Part shown: positions 36,551-46,887 of the stretch, one piece after another
How the letters are laid out: each line of letters begins with the position of its first letter
How positions within the stretch are numbered: the first letter of the stretch is position 1
NCBI GenBank assembly: GCA_944324845.1
Contig: CALUXX010000002.1
Span: 42,496 to 106,495 of the forward strand
DNA length: 64,000 nucleotides
From: Candidatus Gastranaerophilales bacterium
GTDB taxonomy: Bacteria; Cyanobacteriota; Vampirovibrionia; Gastranaerophilales; Gastranaerophilaceae
Direction: 5' to 3'
Notes under the pieces: generated by a model
What the model was told of the DNA's origin: nothing
Database searches by the model: none
The model's input: only the letters and a program-made list of their open reading frames with translations
Program-made: the position numbers and the translations under genes

Positions 36551-37033
36551 ATGACAGATTATAAATATTTTTTAGATAACGGAATTTATGATATTCAAAG
36601 TGGTAAATACGAGCAAGCAATAGAAAATATTAATAAATCTATTGAAATGAAAAAGGATTGGGAAATTCCATATTTTTATAGAGCTGTAGCTTATCACGCA
36701 TTAGAAAATTATGATGAAGCAATGCTTGATTATACAAAAGCTATTCAACTGAACGATAAAATGACTGATGCTTATTATAATAGAGCAAAAATAATTTTAT
36801 CAAATCAAAATTCAACAATGGCAGATATTCATAATGCGGTTGAAGATTTGGAAAAAGCTCTCAATTTAGATGAAAAATTTGTAGATGCTCTTTATGCAAT
36901 GGCAGCAGCATATAAGAAATTGGGTGATTATCATAAAAGTTTAGTTTATTTAGAGAAATTGTTAGAAATTGCGCCGGATGCAGTTCATGCAAAAGCCTTG
37001 AAGAAATTGATTTTGCAAAAATATATTGTTTAA
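36551..37033 (+). CDS. Tetratricopeptide repeat protein
   Basis: Repeated TPR consensus (YFYRAVAYHALENYDEAMLDYTKAIQLND, AYYNRAKI, ALYAMAAAYKKLGDYHKSLVYLEKLLEIAPD). I prefer the ATG at 36551, which has AAAGGA upstream. Confidence 0.75.
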   Translation: MTDYKYFLDNGIYDIQSGKYEQAIENINKSIEMKKDWEIPYFYRAVAYHALENYDEAMLDYTKAIQLNDKMTDAYYNRAKIILSNQNSTMADIHNAVEDLEKALNLDEKFVDALYAMAAAYKKLGDYHKSLVYLEKLLEIAPDAVHAKALKKLILQKYIV

Positions 37034-37066
37034 ATTTTAACGGTTTGCCCCGTGCTTTGATTTTTT

Positions 37067-37086
37067 GCTTGACAAGTAGATAAATC
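37067..37086 (+). promoter_or_regulatory. Candidate -35 box (TTGACA) with an adjacent TAGAT-AA-ATCTA inverted repeat upstream of marR
   Basis: TTGACA at 37067-37072 and the inverted repeat at 37075-37086. The -10 region is weak, so this is speculative. Confidence 0.25.
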
Positions 37087-37136
37087 TATGCAAAGATAAA
37101 TACATGGAAGATGTGAAATAAGGATTGTTTAGGAAT

Positions 37137-37598
37137 ATGGTAAAGAAGTTTTATATTGAGAGTTTTCCATATGAAGTTGAATTGACAGCACGAATTTGTC
37201 ATGAAAACGCAAAGAGATTATTGGAATCTTTTACGGATGCAGTTTCAATAGATGAATTTTCAATATTAGATACAATAGTAGCCCGTCCGGGTTTATCACA
37301 GGCAGATTTAGCAAGGCTTGTATTGAAGGGAAAGGCTCATACAGGTCGTTTTATTATGTCATTAGAGGAAAAAGGTTTTGTTGAAAGACATGTGCAAGAG
37401 CGTGACGGTAAATTAATTAAAGTTGCGGTTGTTACAGAAAAGGGAATGGATTTATATACCTCTATTATCGAACAGATGAAACCGGTAATTGCGCATTTTG
37501 AATCAATAATATCTGAAGAAGATATATGTAAAATGATTCAAGGATTGCGAGCATTTAGAAAAAAAGTTGAAGAAGCCAATAAAATAGTATTTGAATAG
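37137..37598 (+). CDS. MarR-family transcriptional regulator
   Basis: Winged helix-turn-helix: ILDTIVARPGLSQADLARLVLKGKAHTGRFIMSLEEKGFVER. I prefer the ATG at 37137 over the TTG at 37125. Confidence 0.8.
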   Translation: MVKKFYIESFPYEVELTARICHENAKRLLESFTDAVSIDEFSILDTIVARPGLSQADLARLVLKGKAHTGRFIMSLEEKGFVERHVQERDGKLIKVAVVTEKGMDLYTSIIEQMKPVIAHFESIISEEDICKMIQGLRAFRKKVEEANKIVFE

Positions 37599-37605
37599 AG
37601 AAATA

Positions 37606-39174
37606 ATGAGTGAGAGTGTTATAGAACATGAAGAAGTTATAAATTCTGAGGAATGGCGTCCGTCCAAAAATCCTTGGTTAATAGCAATTCCATTGATGGC
37701 ATCCGTATTTATGTATGCCTTAGATGAAACTATTTCCAATGTTGCGTTACCATATATGGCAGGTTCATTTTCTTGTAGTCATAATGAAGCGACTTGGGTT
37801 ATAACTTTTTATTTGATTGCGAGTGGAATTATTATTCCTGCTGTTGATTTTTTGTGTAAATTAATGGGCAGAAAAAACTTTTTCATGTTAAGTATCATCA
37901 TTTTTACAATAGCCTCATTTCTTTGCGGAATATCAAATTCTTTGATAATGATGGTATTGGCAAGATTTTTGCAAGGGTTAGGCGGGGGTGCAATTTTGCC
38001 ATTAACTCAGGCTATAATGATGGAGAGTTTTCCAAAAGAACAAAGGCCGCAGTCAATGGCTTTATTTGGTTTAGGCATTGTATTTGCACCAATTATTGGA
38101 CCTGCTATTGGTGGGTGGATTACTGAAAATTGGTCTTGGCCTTATATTTATTATATAAATATTCCGATAGGATTTTTAGTATTAGCAGCAGCAAAAGAGC
38201 TGTTAGAAGATCCACCTTATGCAAAAAAACAAGTAGGTGTTAAATTTGATGCTATAGGTTTTGCATTTTTAGCTGTATGGCTTGTATTATTGCAAATTGT
38301 TTTAGACAAGGGAAACGATGCAGATTGGTTCGGATCAACTTGGATTTGTTGGATGACTGGGGTATCTTGTGTTTCAGGAATATTTTTTTTAATTTCCCAG
38401 TTAATGAAAAGAAATACTTTGGTTGATTTATCAATAATGAGGGATAGAAATTTCTTATTTGGAACGTTAATTCAAATAGTATTGATGGGTGTAATGATGG
38501 CATCAAGTGCTATTTTGCCGTCAATGTTACAAAGTATGATGGGATACACTCCGTTTTTAAGTGGTTTATCAATGGTGCCAAGAGGAGCGGGATGTTTAGT
38601 TGCTACAATATTTAGTGCTATTTTTATTACTAAAATTGGTGAAAGAAAAATGGTTATGTCCGGCTTATGTATTTTAGGTTTGGGCGGTTTATTGTTCGGC
38701 GAGATTAATTTACAAATTGCTTTAGGTAATATTGCATTTCCAAACTTTCTTTTCGGTTTGGGGTTAGTTATGGCAATGGTGCCATTAGTTGAATTATCTT
38801 GTAGAACATTAAGAAATGAGCAATTAACTAATGCCAGCGGGGTTCAAAACTTATTAAAAAATGTTGGCGCTGCTGTTGGTACATCTCTTGTAACTACTTG
38901 TATTTCACGATTTGGGCAAGTTCACCAAAATATGATGGTTGGAAAATTAACTGAATTAAATCCTCAGTTTATGTCACGATTAGAGTTTTATACAGGCATT
39001 TTTGCGGGAAATACAGATTTAGCATCTGCAACATACGCAGCAAAAGGTATGTTGTACAATCAATTATTACAACAGTCAACGCTTTGGGCATATATTGATA
39101 CTTTCAGATTATTTGCTATAGCGTGTTTCTTTGTTGTTCCTTTAGTTTTGTTAATGAAACGAAAAAATATATAA
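37606..39174 (+). CDS. MFS drug efflux transporter, 14-TM EmrB/QacA (DHA2) type
   Basis: About 14 hydrophobic helices and MFS motif-A-like LCKLMGRKN. I prefer the ATG at 37606, just after the marR stop. Confidence 0.8.
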   Translation: MSESVIEHEEVINSEEWRPSKNPWLIAIPLMASVFMYALDETISNVALPYMAGSFSCSHNEATWVITFYLIASGIIIPAVDFLCKLMGRKNFFMLSIIIFTIASFLCGISNSLIMMVLARFLQGLGGGAILPLTQAIMMESFPKEQRPQSMALFGLGIVFAPIIGPAIGGWITENWSWPYIYYINIPIGFLVLAAAKELLEDPPYAKKQVGVKFDAIGFAFLAVWLVLLQIVLDKGNDADWFGSTWICWMTGVSCVSGIFFLISQLMKRNTLVDLSIMRDRNFLFGTLIQIVLMGVMMASSAILPSMLQSMMGYTPFLSGLSMVPRGAGCLVATIFSAIFITKIGERKMVMSGLCILGLGGLLFGEINLQIALGNIAFPNFLFGLGLVMAMVPLVELSCRTLRNEQLTNASGVQNLLKNVGAAVGTSLVTTCISRFGQVHQNMMVGKLTELNPQFMSRLEFYTGIFAGNTDLASATYAAKGMLYNQLLQQSTLWAYIDTFRLFAIACFFVVPLVLLMKRKNI

Positions 39175-39195
39175 CCTGTCAAAATTTTTCTGAAT

Positions 39196-39222
39196 GGTGG
39201 TATTAGATATCACCTTTTTTTT
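39196..39222 (+). terminator. Rho-independent terminator after the MFS gene, overlapping the 3' end of the convergent gene
   Basis: GGTGGTA (39196-39202) pairs with TATCACC (39208-39214), followed by a T8 run. Confidence 0.55.
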
Positions 39223-40049
39223 GTGAAAATTTTTATTATTTTTTCTGAATATTGTATGTCTGTAAGTGGTAATGCTACTGTGTTATTGAAGTTTGATTCC
39301 GGAAAATTTTTGGGGAAATTTTGCCATAGCCTTAATAAAATAATATTATTTTTCAATATTTCTTCTTTGTAAAAACTTTTTATTGGAGCAAAGGGGTAAC
39401 AATATGGAATATCATTTTCTGATAGCGAAAGCTTTATATTGTTATCTTTATTAAATATTTTTTCGTACTCTTTGAATATGTAAAGGCGAGTGTTTTTATC
39501 ATTATCAAAATTGATTTTATTAAATAAATTTTCGCAGTATGTCGAAATTGTTTTTATTTCTTTTCCTTTATTTATGGCTAATTCATTTTGAACAAATTGA
39601 TTATAATTATTTTGAAAATCTGCTTGAGGGAGTTTTAGGGTATCTTTTTCAAAGATATCAGGCAGAATTTTATTTGTATATAAATATGCTCCGGATGTTA
39701 CATTAAAAAATTTTCGAAGTGAATATATAGAGGCAATTCCTTGTGGCGGATTATAGAATGCTTGAGCGTTATCAATTATTAGATTGGGGTATTTAGCGAC
39801 AAGTTCATTGCAAATGTTGCTGCATAAGCCAAAATAATTTGTGTATAGAATGAAAGCATTTTGAGGAAATTCTTTTGTTGGATAAAAATTTTTATCAATA
39901 TGATAAAAAGATATATGGCAGCCTTCTTCTTTTGCTGCAATCCAAACTGTTTGGCAAGTATAATACGGGATAAATATTTCATTTATCCCGTATGATCTAA
40001 TCAAATATTTCAAACAATTTCTTGCAAGGTTTAATTTTATTAGTTGCAT
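39210..40049 (-). CDS. DegT/DnrJ/EryC1-like PLP-dependent enzyme (short form) or hypothetical protein
   Basis: LIIDNAQAFYNPPQGIASIYSLRKFFNVTSGAYLY resembles the D-A-x-A...S-x-x-K core of sugar aminotransferases. At 279 aa the protein is short for that family. The start overlaps the M20 stop by 1 nt. Confidence 0.4.
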   Translation of the reverse strand: MQLIKLNLARNCLKYLIRSYGINEIFIPYYTCQTVWIAAKEEGCHISFYHIDKNFYPTKEFPQNAFILYTNYFGLCSNICNELVAKYPNLIIDNAQAFYNPPQGIASIYSLRKFFNVTSGAYLYTNKILPDIFEKDTLKLPQADFQNNYNQFVQNELAINKGKEIKTISTYCENLFNKINFDNDKNTRLYIFKEYEKIFNKDNNIKLSLSENDIPYCYPFAPIKSFYKEEILKNNIILLRLWQNFPKNFPESNFNNTVALPLTDIQYSEKIIKIFTKKR

Positions 40050-41212
40050 TATTTGTTAAAAGCCTCAAAAAATGCTTGTAATAATTCTTGTCCTTTCAGC
40101 ATTGTTTTATAGTCAACATATTCTCTTGCAGAGTGCATATTGCATACTGTTGCAAGACCTAAAAGATATGGTGAGAATTTTTCACCTTTTGCGTTTGTTT
40201 TATTTGCGTATATATGCGTTTCTGCCCCTGCGTGGAATGATGAAATTTCAGGTGTTATACCAAGTTGTTTTGCAGTTTTTTCAAATAGTTCAGGAATTGT
40301 GTTATCCTCATTTTTTTCAAACATTGGCATTTTTTCTGTAAATGTAATAGTTGCAGTTGCAATATTTTTATATTCTTTATTAAAGTTGTTTACTGAATTT
40401 TGCATCATTTCAATAAGTTCATTTTCTTTGTCTTTTCTTGAACTTCTAATTGAATATGTAGCGTGGGCATCGGTATTTATAACGTTTGTAACGTTTAAAT
40501 CTCCTGCTGTAATTCCTCCGATATTGCAAGAAGTTACAACTTTATCATCTTCTCTATAAAACACACCCTGTGGCATTTCTGAAACTAAATCAGCAATAAG
40601 TTTAGCGGCATTTTCTCTTGTGTTATCTCCTATATCATTTCCTGAATGTCCGCCTTTTGGTGCTGAAATTTTTAAATCTACCATAACATAGCTAGCACCT
40701 GAAATTAGGCATTGACCTAGAGCATCACTATCTAGAACAAGAACATATTTAGATTTTATTCTGTTAAAATCGGTATGTTTAATTCCACTCATTCCATTTT
40801 CTTCATCTCTTGTAAAATGAATTTCTAAACCGCCGTGTTTTAAATCTGTTCTATCTTTTAATTTTTTGGCAAAGTATAAAGCATTGGCAATTCCAGCTTT
40901 GTCGTCAGCGCCTAATGTTCTATCTTTTGCTCTTATCAAATCCCCGTCTAAATATGTAATTACTTCAGAATCATCTCCAATAACATCCATATGAGCTGAT
41001 AGCATTATTGGTTCTTTTGTTGTATCAGTTGGGGCAATTTTTATATATATATTGTTAAAATCATCTTTTTCGCATTCCATATTATTTTGCGCGCAGTATT
41101 GGCAGATCCAATCAATAACTTTTTCTTCTTTTAGTGAAGGTGAAGGTATTTCTGCTAATGTGCAAAATAAATCAACAAGTTCGTTGTTTTGGCGTAACTC
41201 TTTCAGTTCCAT
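40049..41212 (-). CDS. M20-family metallopeptidase (PepT/tripeptidase-like)
   Basis: LSAHMDVIGDD, LGADDKAGIA and FTRDEENGMSG are the M20 metal-ligand and catalytic motifs. Confidence 0.75.
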   Translation of the reverse strand: MELKELRQNNELVDLFCTLAEIPSPSLKEEKVIDWICQYCAQNNMECEKDDFNNIYIKIAPTDTTKEPIMLSAHMDVIGDDSEVITYLDGDLIRAKDRTLGADDKAGIANALYFAKKLKDRTDLKHGGLEIHFTRDEENGMSGIKHTDFNRIKSKYVLVLDSDALGQCLISGASYVMVDLKISAPKGGHSGNDIGDNTRENAAKLIADLVSEMPQGVFYREDDKVVTSCNIGGITAGDLNVTNVINTDAHATYSIRSSRKDKENELIEMMQNSVNNFNKEYKNIATATITFTEKMPMFEKNEDNTIPELFEKTAKQLGITPEISSFHAGAETHIYANKTNAKGEKFSPYLLGLATVCNMHSAREYVDYKTMLKGQELLQAFFEAFNK

Positions 41213-41259
41213 ATCAATTCCAACCTTTCTTTTTATATTAACTATATAATAGCATATTT

Positions 41260-43629
41260 TTAATTGATATCAACCACGCTGACACCATCGCCGCCTTCAG
41301 AATCTTCTCCTGGTCTGAATTTTGCAACATAAGGTGAGGTTTGTAAGAAATCTCTAACTGCTTGTTTTAAAGCTCCTGTTCCGTGTCCGTGGATAATATA
41401 TACAGGGGATAAATTAACAAGACTTGCTTTGTCTAAATAGCTTTCAACTTCATCAAGTGCTTCTTCTACTCTATAGCCTCTCAAGTCTAGTGTTTGTGAC
41501 ATTTCAAGTCGTTTTAGTTCAAATTTGTTGAAAGATGTTCCTGGAATTTTTACTTTGTGAGGTTCTTTATATTTTTCATCAAGAACTGCAAGTTCATCTT
41601 TTTTTACTTTCATTTTCATTGAGCCTAAATCAACAAAAAGTTTTTTATTTTTATCTGGTAATGAAACGACAGTTACTTTTTGGTGCAGGTTTTTAAGCAT
41701 AAGAGTATCACCTACAACAACCTTATCCCAATCAATTTCCAAATATTTATTTGCATCTGTAACCTTATCAATTTCATCTCTGAAATTACTTTCTAATTTT
41801 GCAAGGCGAGAATATGCTCTTCTTGCGATTTTTTCAGATTTCTCTTTGCGAAGTTCATCTAAGATTTGTTTTATTTCGCCCTTTGCTTCAAGAATTTCTG
41901 TGTCAAATTTCAGTTTAATATTTTTAATGGTTTTCTTTTTATCTTTTTTTACTTGGTTAAGGTTCTCTTCATATTCTTTTTGTAGCTCAAGTGAATTTTC
42001 TTTAATTTCTTGTGCTTGTTCAAGGTTTTTAGAAAGTTCCATATGTGTTTTTTGTAATTTTTCAACTACGGCAACGGTTGGATCTTTTTGCGTTATTAAA
42101 ATATCTTTTGATTTGTCGATAATATCTTTATCCAGTCCGAGATTTGAGGCTATTGAAATCGCATTACTTAACCCGGGAATTCCTATTAGCAATTTATAAG
42201 TAGGTTTTAGGGTTTCTGTATTAAATTCTACAGAGGCGTTTTTGAAGAAATTGTTTGTGTATTCTAAAGCCTTTAATTCTCCATAGTGAGTTGTAATAAC
42301 ACACATTACGTTTTTTGTTGCAAGTTTTTCGAGTATTCCTTGAGCAAGAACGGCACCTTCTACAGGATCAGTTCCTGCACAAATTTCATCAAGTAATACA
42401 AAACTATCATCATCACTTTGTTTTAATATTTCAATAATATTTGTCATATGGGATGAGAATGTTGATAAACTTTGCAAAATACTTTGTGAATCTCCAATAT
42501 CTGCAAACACATTTTTAAAAGGATAAATAACAGCGTGTGTACAAGGTAAAAACATTCCGGCTTTTGCCATTAGAATAAATAAACCGATTGTTTTTAGAGT
42601 AACTGTTTTTCCACCTGTATTTGAACCTGTTATTATAATAGATTTGTAATTTTTGCCTATTTCAAAGTTATTTGCAACAACATCATCACAAACCAAAAGC
42701 AATAACGGATGTTTCATATTTTCAAAATAGACATATTTTTCTTCAGTAAGTTCAGGTTCAATAGCTTGAAGTTTTACGGCATAACGAGCTTTTGCAAAAT
42801 GAAAATCGATTTCTGCCATAATCTTTTCACACTTTTCCAGTTCATTCATTCTTTCTTTGACTAAATTTGTCAGTCTTACAAGAATTTTTATACATTCAGC
42901 GTGAATTTTTGATTTAACTTCTCTAATTTTATTGTTTAATGGCACTAATTGTGCAGGCTCAATATAAAATGTTTTGGACGATGATGAAACATCATGAATT
43001 ATTCCTGGAACTTTTGTTTTATTTGAAGCCATAACTTGGAAAACAACTCTTTCATCTCTTTGTGTGTATATGTTGTTTTGAAGATATTTTGAAAAATTCG
43101 GATTATTTAATAATGAAGATATTGTATCTCTTATATTTTGCTCAGTGTCTTTTAAAGAGGAATATAATCCTTTTAATTCGGGGGTTGCGTTTTGTTTTAT
43201 ATTTAAATTTTCATCAAAAGTTTCAAAAATCTCATCTTCTGTAGTTTTGTCAGAAATTAATTCTTGAGCCAGTTGTTGTAAAAGATTATCCTCTTGTGTA
43301 TTTTCAGTGATGAATTTTTTCAAAATTCTGGAAGATTTCATAGTTTTTGCAACATCATTTAATTCTTCTTCACAAAGGTATGAAACTACAGAATTTGCTT
43401 TAATTTTAGAAATATTTGCAATGTATTCCGTTGGGGTATCTTTTGCATAATCAAGAATTTTCTTTGCTTCTTTTGTATATTCAAGTTGTTGTTTTATTTT
43501 ATCAGGATTTTCCAAAGGATGAATATTCAAACAAATATTTTGACTTTGTTTGAATTTTGCAAATTTTGATAATTCATCTTTTACTTTATCAAATTCCAGA
43601 GTAATATTACTTTTTGTTGTGATATCCAT
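41260..43629 (-). CDS. mutS2: Endonuclease MutS2 (MutS domain V plus Smr)
   Basis: Walker A GSNTGGKTVTLKT, then LLDEICAGTDP, a long coiled-coil linker and the C-terminal Smr domain LDLRGYRVEEAL...IIHGHGTGALK. Confidence 0.9.
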   Translation of the reverse strand: MDITTKSNITLEFDKVKDELSKFAKFKQSQNICLNIHPLENPDKIKQQLEYTKEAKKILDYAKDTPTEYIANISKIKANSVVSYLCEEELNDVAKTMKSSRILKKFITENTQEDNLLQQLAQELISDKTTEDEIFETFDENLNIKQNATPELKGLYSSLKDTEQNIRDTISSLLNNPNFSKYLQNNIYTQRDERVVFQVMASNKTKVPGIIHDVSSSSKTFYIEPAQLVPLNNKIREVKSKIHAECIKILVRLTNLVKERMNELEKCEKIMAEIDFHFAKARYAVKLQAIEPELTEEKYVYFENMKHPLLLLVCDDVVANNFEIGKNYKSIIITGSNTGGKTVTLKTIGLFILMAKAGMFLPCTHAVIYPFKNVFADIGDSQSILQSLSTFSSHMTNIIEILKQSDDDSFVLLDEICAGTDPVEGAVLAQGILEKLATKNVMCVITTHYGELKALEYTNNFFKNASVEFNTETLKPTYKLLIGIPGLSNAISIASNLGLDKDIIDKSKDILITQKDPTVAVVEKLQKTHMELSKNLEQAQEIKENSLELQKEYEENLNQVKKDKKKTIKNIKLKFDTEILEAKGEIKQILDELRKEKSEKIARRAYSRLAKLESNFRDEIDKVTDANKYLEIDWDKVVVGDTLMLKNLHQKVTVVSLPDKNKKLFVDLGSMKMKVKKDELAVLDEKYKEPHKVKIPGTSFNKFELKRLEMSQTLDLRGYRVEEALDEVESYLDKASLVNLSPVYIIHGHGTGALKQAVRDFLQTSPYVAKFRPGEDSEGGDGVSVVDIN

Positions 43630-43663
43630 ACTATTTATTTTATTATAAAAAAGAATATTAGCA

Positions 43664-43702
43664 TAAAAAAATAAGGTACAATCTTTGTACCTTATTTTTT
43701 TA
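43664..43702 (-). terminator. Rho-independent terminator after accC
   Basis: ATAAGGTACA (43671-43680) pairs with TGTACCTTAT (43686-43695), flanked by A and T runs. Confidence 0.75.
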
Positions 43703-43718
43703 ATAAAAATTTATTGAT

Positions 43719-45077
43719 TTATTCGTCTTTTAGACCTTTACGTTTGTAAAAATCTTCAATAAATCCTGTATTAAATTTTCCGCTAATAAATACATCATCT
43801 TCAATGATTGCTTGATGGAAAGGAATAGTTGTTTCAATACCTGTAACAACATATTCTTTTAATGCTCTATACATTCTACGACGAGCTTCATTTCTGTTTC
43901 TTCCCCAACAGATAAGTTTACCTATCATAGAATCATAGTATGGCGGAATTTCATAATCCTGATAAACATGAGAATCAACTCTAACTCCAAATCCTCCGGG
44001 AGCTAAATAACCTGTTAATTTACCAGGGTTAGGCATAAAGTTTTTCATAGGATTTTCAGCATTAATTCGGCATTCAATAGCGTGTCCTTTAAGGTGAATA
44101 TCATCTTGAGTATATGATAATTTTTCACCGGCAGCTACTAAAATTTGTTCTCTTACCAAATCAACACTTGAAATCATTTCAGTAACACAATGTTCAACCT
44201 GAATTCTTGTATTCATTTCCATAAAGTACCATTTACCGTCGTGGTCAAGTAAGAATTCACAAGTTCCGGCACCTTCATAGTTGATAGCTTTAGCTGCACG
44301 AACAGCAGCAGCTCCCATTTCTTCTCTTGTTTTAGCATCAATAGCAGGAGAAGGTGCTTCTTCTAATAATTTTTGGTGACGTCTTTGGATAGAGCAATCT
44401 CTTTCGCCTAAGTGAACAACATTTCCATAGCTGTCACCCAATATTTGAACTTCAATGTGTCTTGGATTTTCAAGATATTTTTCAGCATAAACATCAGGAT
44501 TTCCGAAGAAGTTTTTAGCCTCAGTTTGGCAAAGACTCATATTGATTTCAACATCAGAATCATCACGGCAAATTCTCATACCTTTTCCGCCGCCGCCTGC
44601 TGTTGCTTTAAGAATAATAGGATAACCGACTTTGTGTGCAAATTCTTGAACTTCTTCAACTGTTTTAACAATTCCGGTACCCGGAGTTACAGGTACGTCA
44701 TTTTCAATCATTGTCTTACGCGCGGTAGCTTTATCTCCCATTTTTCTCATTGCTTCTGATGAAGGTCCGATGAATTTTATTCCTTGTTTTTCACAAATTT
44801 CAACAAAGTCTGCTCTTTCTGACATAAATCCGTATCCCGGGTGAATTGCTTCAGCACCTGATACCATAGCTGCTGACATAATCGCAGGAATGCTTAAGTA
44901 GCTGTCTGCACTTTTTGCAGGTCCAATACAATATGCCTCTGTTGCTAATCTTACGTGCAATGAATTCGCATCTGCTTGTGAATATATTGCAACTGTAGGT
45001 ATTCCTAATTCTCTACATGCTCTAATAATTCTTACTGCAATTTCGCCTCTGTTGGCAATTAATACTTTTCTAAACAT
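43719..45077 (-). CDS. accC: Acetyl-CoA carboxylase, biotin carboxylase subunit
   Basis: [39 protein letters not shown] and [10 protein letters not shown]. Confidence 0.95.
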   Translation of the reverse strand: MFRKVLIANRGEIAVRIIRACRELGIPTVAIYSQADANSLHVRLATEAYCIGPAKSADSYLSIPAIMSAAMVSGAEAIHPGYGFMSERADFVEICEKQGIKFIGPSSEAMRKMGDKATARKTMIENDVPVTPGTGIVKTVEEVQEFAHKVGYPIILKATAGGGGKGMRICRDDSDVEINMSLCQTEAKNFFGNPDVYAEKYLENPRHIEVQILGDSYGNVVHLGERDCSIQRRHQKLLEEAPSPAIDAKTREEMGAAAVRAAKAINYEGAGTCEFLLDHDGKWYFMEMNTRIQVEHCVTEMISSVDLVREQILVAAGEKLSYTQDDIHLKGHAIECRINAENPMKNFMPNPGKLTGYLAPGGFGVRVDSHVYQDYEIPPYYDSMIGKLICWGRNRNEARRRMYRALKEYVVTGIETTIPFHQAIIEDDVFISGKFNTGFIEDFYKRKGLKDE

Positions 45078-45098
45078 TAAAATATCCCTACCTAAAAA

Positions 45099-45128
45099 AG
45101 AAGTGAACAGTTTAATCTATTCACTTCT
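45099..45128 (-). terminator. Terminator-like hairpin between accB and accC, a possible partial terminator or processing site
   Basis: AGAAGTGAA pairs with TTCACTTCT across a 12-nt loop. On the minus strand a T6 run follows (complement of 45093-45098). Confidence 0.4.
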
Positions 45129-45143
45129 TTAAATTATTTCTAA

Positions 45144-45608
45144 CTACTCTACATATAATAGAACCTGTCCAAATTCAACAGGTTGACCGTCTTCAACACA
45201 AATTTCGGTAACTGTACCTGAAATTTCTGATTCAATTTCGTTCATCATTTTCATAGCTTCAACGATACAAACAACATCACCTTTGTTAACGGTAGAACCA
45301 ACTTTAACAAACGGTTCAGCATCAGGTGATGGTGACTTGTAGAAAGTACCTACCATAGGTGATGTGATAGGTGTTCCTTTAGGAGCACTTTTTACTTCAG
45401 AAGCTGCCGCCGCAGGTGTTGAAGCAGGTGCCGCAGCTGGTGCTGCTTGTGCTACAGGAGCGGCTGCTACCACTTGAGGAGCTGATGCAACTACTACTTC
45501 TTTTCTAAGTGTAATTGCTTGATCTCCATCTTCTAAAGAAATTTCTGTTAAGCCTGTGTCTGCTAAAACTTTAGCTAATTTTTCTATATAATCTGTTTCA
45601 AATTTCAT
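45144..45608 (-). CDS. accB: Biotin carboxyl carrier protein of acetyl-CoA carboxylase
   Basis: Ala/Pro-rich linker and the biotinylation motif [10 protein letters not shown]. Confidence 0.95.
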   Translation of the reverse strand: MKFETDYIEKLAKVLADTGLTEISLEDGDQAITLRKEVVVASAPQVVAAAPVAQAAPAAAPASTPAAAASEVKSAPKGTPITSPMVGTFYKSPSPDAEPFVKVGSTVNKGDVVCIVEAMKMMNEIESEISGTVTEICVEDGQPVEFGQVLLYVE

Positions 45609-45660
45609 ATTACTATCCTTTTTTAATGTCGAAATAAAATAGATGATACCTATATGCTTA

Positions 45661-46218
45661 TTAGCATCTGTCTAAGTATTCATTTGTTCTGGTGTCAACT
45701 CTGATAACATCACCGTTAGAAACAAAGAACGGAACGTTAACAACTGCACCTGTTTCTAATGTAGCTGGTTTAGTACCGCCTTGAGCAGTGTTACCTTTTT
45801 CAGCCGGTGGTGTATCTACAACTGTTAATTCAACGTGTGCAGGAATATCAACACCAATAATTCTGCCTTCGTGAGTAAGAATCATAACGTTCATATTTTC
45901 TTTTAAGTATTTGATACCTGAACCGATTTGACCTTCCTCTACGTGAACTTGATCATAAGTTTCATTATCCATCATCACGTAAGCAGAACCTTCTTTATAT
46001 AGATATTGCATTTCACGTCTGTCTAATGTAGCTTTCGCAACTTTTTCACCGGCTCTGAATGTTTTTTCAACAACTTGCCCTGTGATAACGTTTTTCAATT
46101 TAGATCTGACAAATGCAGCACCTTTACCAGGTTTTACGTGCAAGAACTCAACAACAGTCCATAATCCGTTATCTAGCTCGACTGTTAAACCTGTTTTAAA
46201 ATCGTTTACTGAAATCAT
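45661..46218 (-). CDS. efp: Translation elongation factor P
   Basis: [17 protein letters not shown] and the overall EF-P sequence, 185 aa. Confidence 0.95.
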   Translation of the reverse strand: MISVNDFKTGLTVELDNGLWTVVEFLHVKPGKGAAFVRSKLKNVITGQVVEKTFRAGEKVAKATLDRREMQYLYKEGSAYVMMDNETYDQVHVEEGQIGSGIKYLKENMNVMILTHEGRIIGVDIPAHVELTVVDTPPAEKGNTAQGGTKPATLETGAVVNVPFFVSNGDVIRVDTRTNEYLDRC

Positions 46219-46405
46219 ACTTTTCCCCTTTTACAAAATAATCATAATCTATTTTAGTTTAGAATACCACAAAAAATGAAATTTGCCAAATATTATTGAT
46301 AATGAAGAAATGTAACAAAATTACGACTTTAAAAAATGCTTTTGAGTGTACAAAAATATATGTTTTAATTACAATAATGGTGTGATAATTTAAGGAGTGT
46401 GTATT

Positions 46406-46882
46406 ATGAAAATTTCAGCAATTAATGCTTGTTGTCCAAGACCTCGTTTTACTGCAAATGAAAGTAATAAAACAGAATATGAAAATCCAATTAATAGAAG
46501 TACAGAAAGCAAACTTGCTATCTGGGGTTCTGTTGGAGGTAGTGTTTTAGCCGGTGCAACAGCGGCCGGTATCGGAAGTTGTTTTATAAAAAGTGATGCT
46601 CCGCACAGAGCAATGAAACTTGGTGGAATTGGTACTGTTGTCGGTTTAGGTTTAATGGCATTAACATTACCTGCAAAACTTTATGATACAAAAGTAAGAG
46701 CCTTTACAAGAGAAAAAGAAATGGATGTATTTTCTCGTGACAGAGATTTGAAGGCTAATATTATGGACGAAGTAAATAAAGAAGTAAAAAATGAAGATAT
46801 TGATTTAGATCAAAAAATCAGTCATTACACATCTGTTCAAATGGCAAACAACGGTAATGGAATGTTGATAAAAGGGGCATAA
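46406..46882 (+). CDS. Hypothetical membrane protein, paralogue A of a tandem pair
   Basis: AAGGAG lies 8 nt upstream of the ATG at 46406. The N-terminus is MKISAINACCPRPRFTAN, followed by Gly/Ala-rich hydrophobic segments. The motif AFTREKEMDVF is shared with the next gene. Confidence 0.6.
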   Translation: MKISAINACCPRPRFTANESNKTEYENPINRSTESKLAIWGSVGGSVLAGATAAGIGSCFIKSDAPHRAMKLGGIGTVVGLGLMALTLPAKLYDTKVRAFTREKEMDVFSRDRDLKANIMDEVNKEVKNEDIDLDQKISHYTSVQMANNGNGMLIKGA

Positions 46883-46887
46883 TTCTA

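Noticed and set aside
40072-40559. Two plus-strand ORFs (89 and 139 aa).
   Set aside because: They are antisense to the M20 peptidase gene. The products are low complexity.
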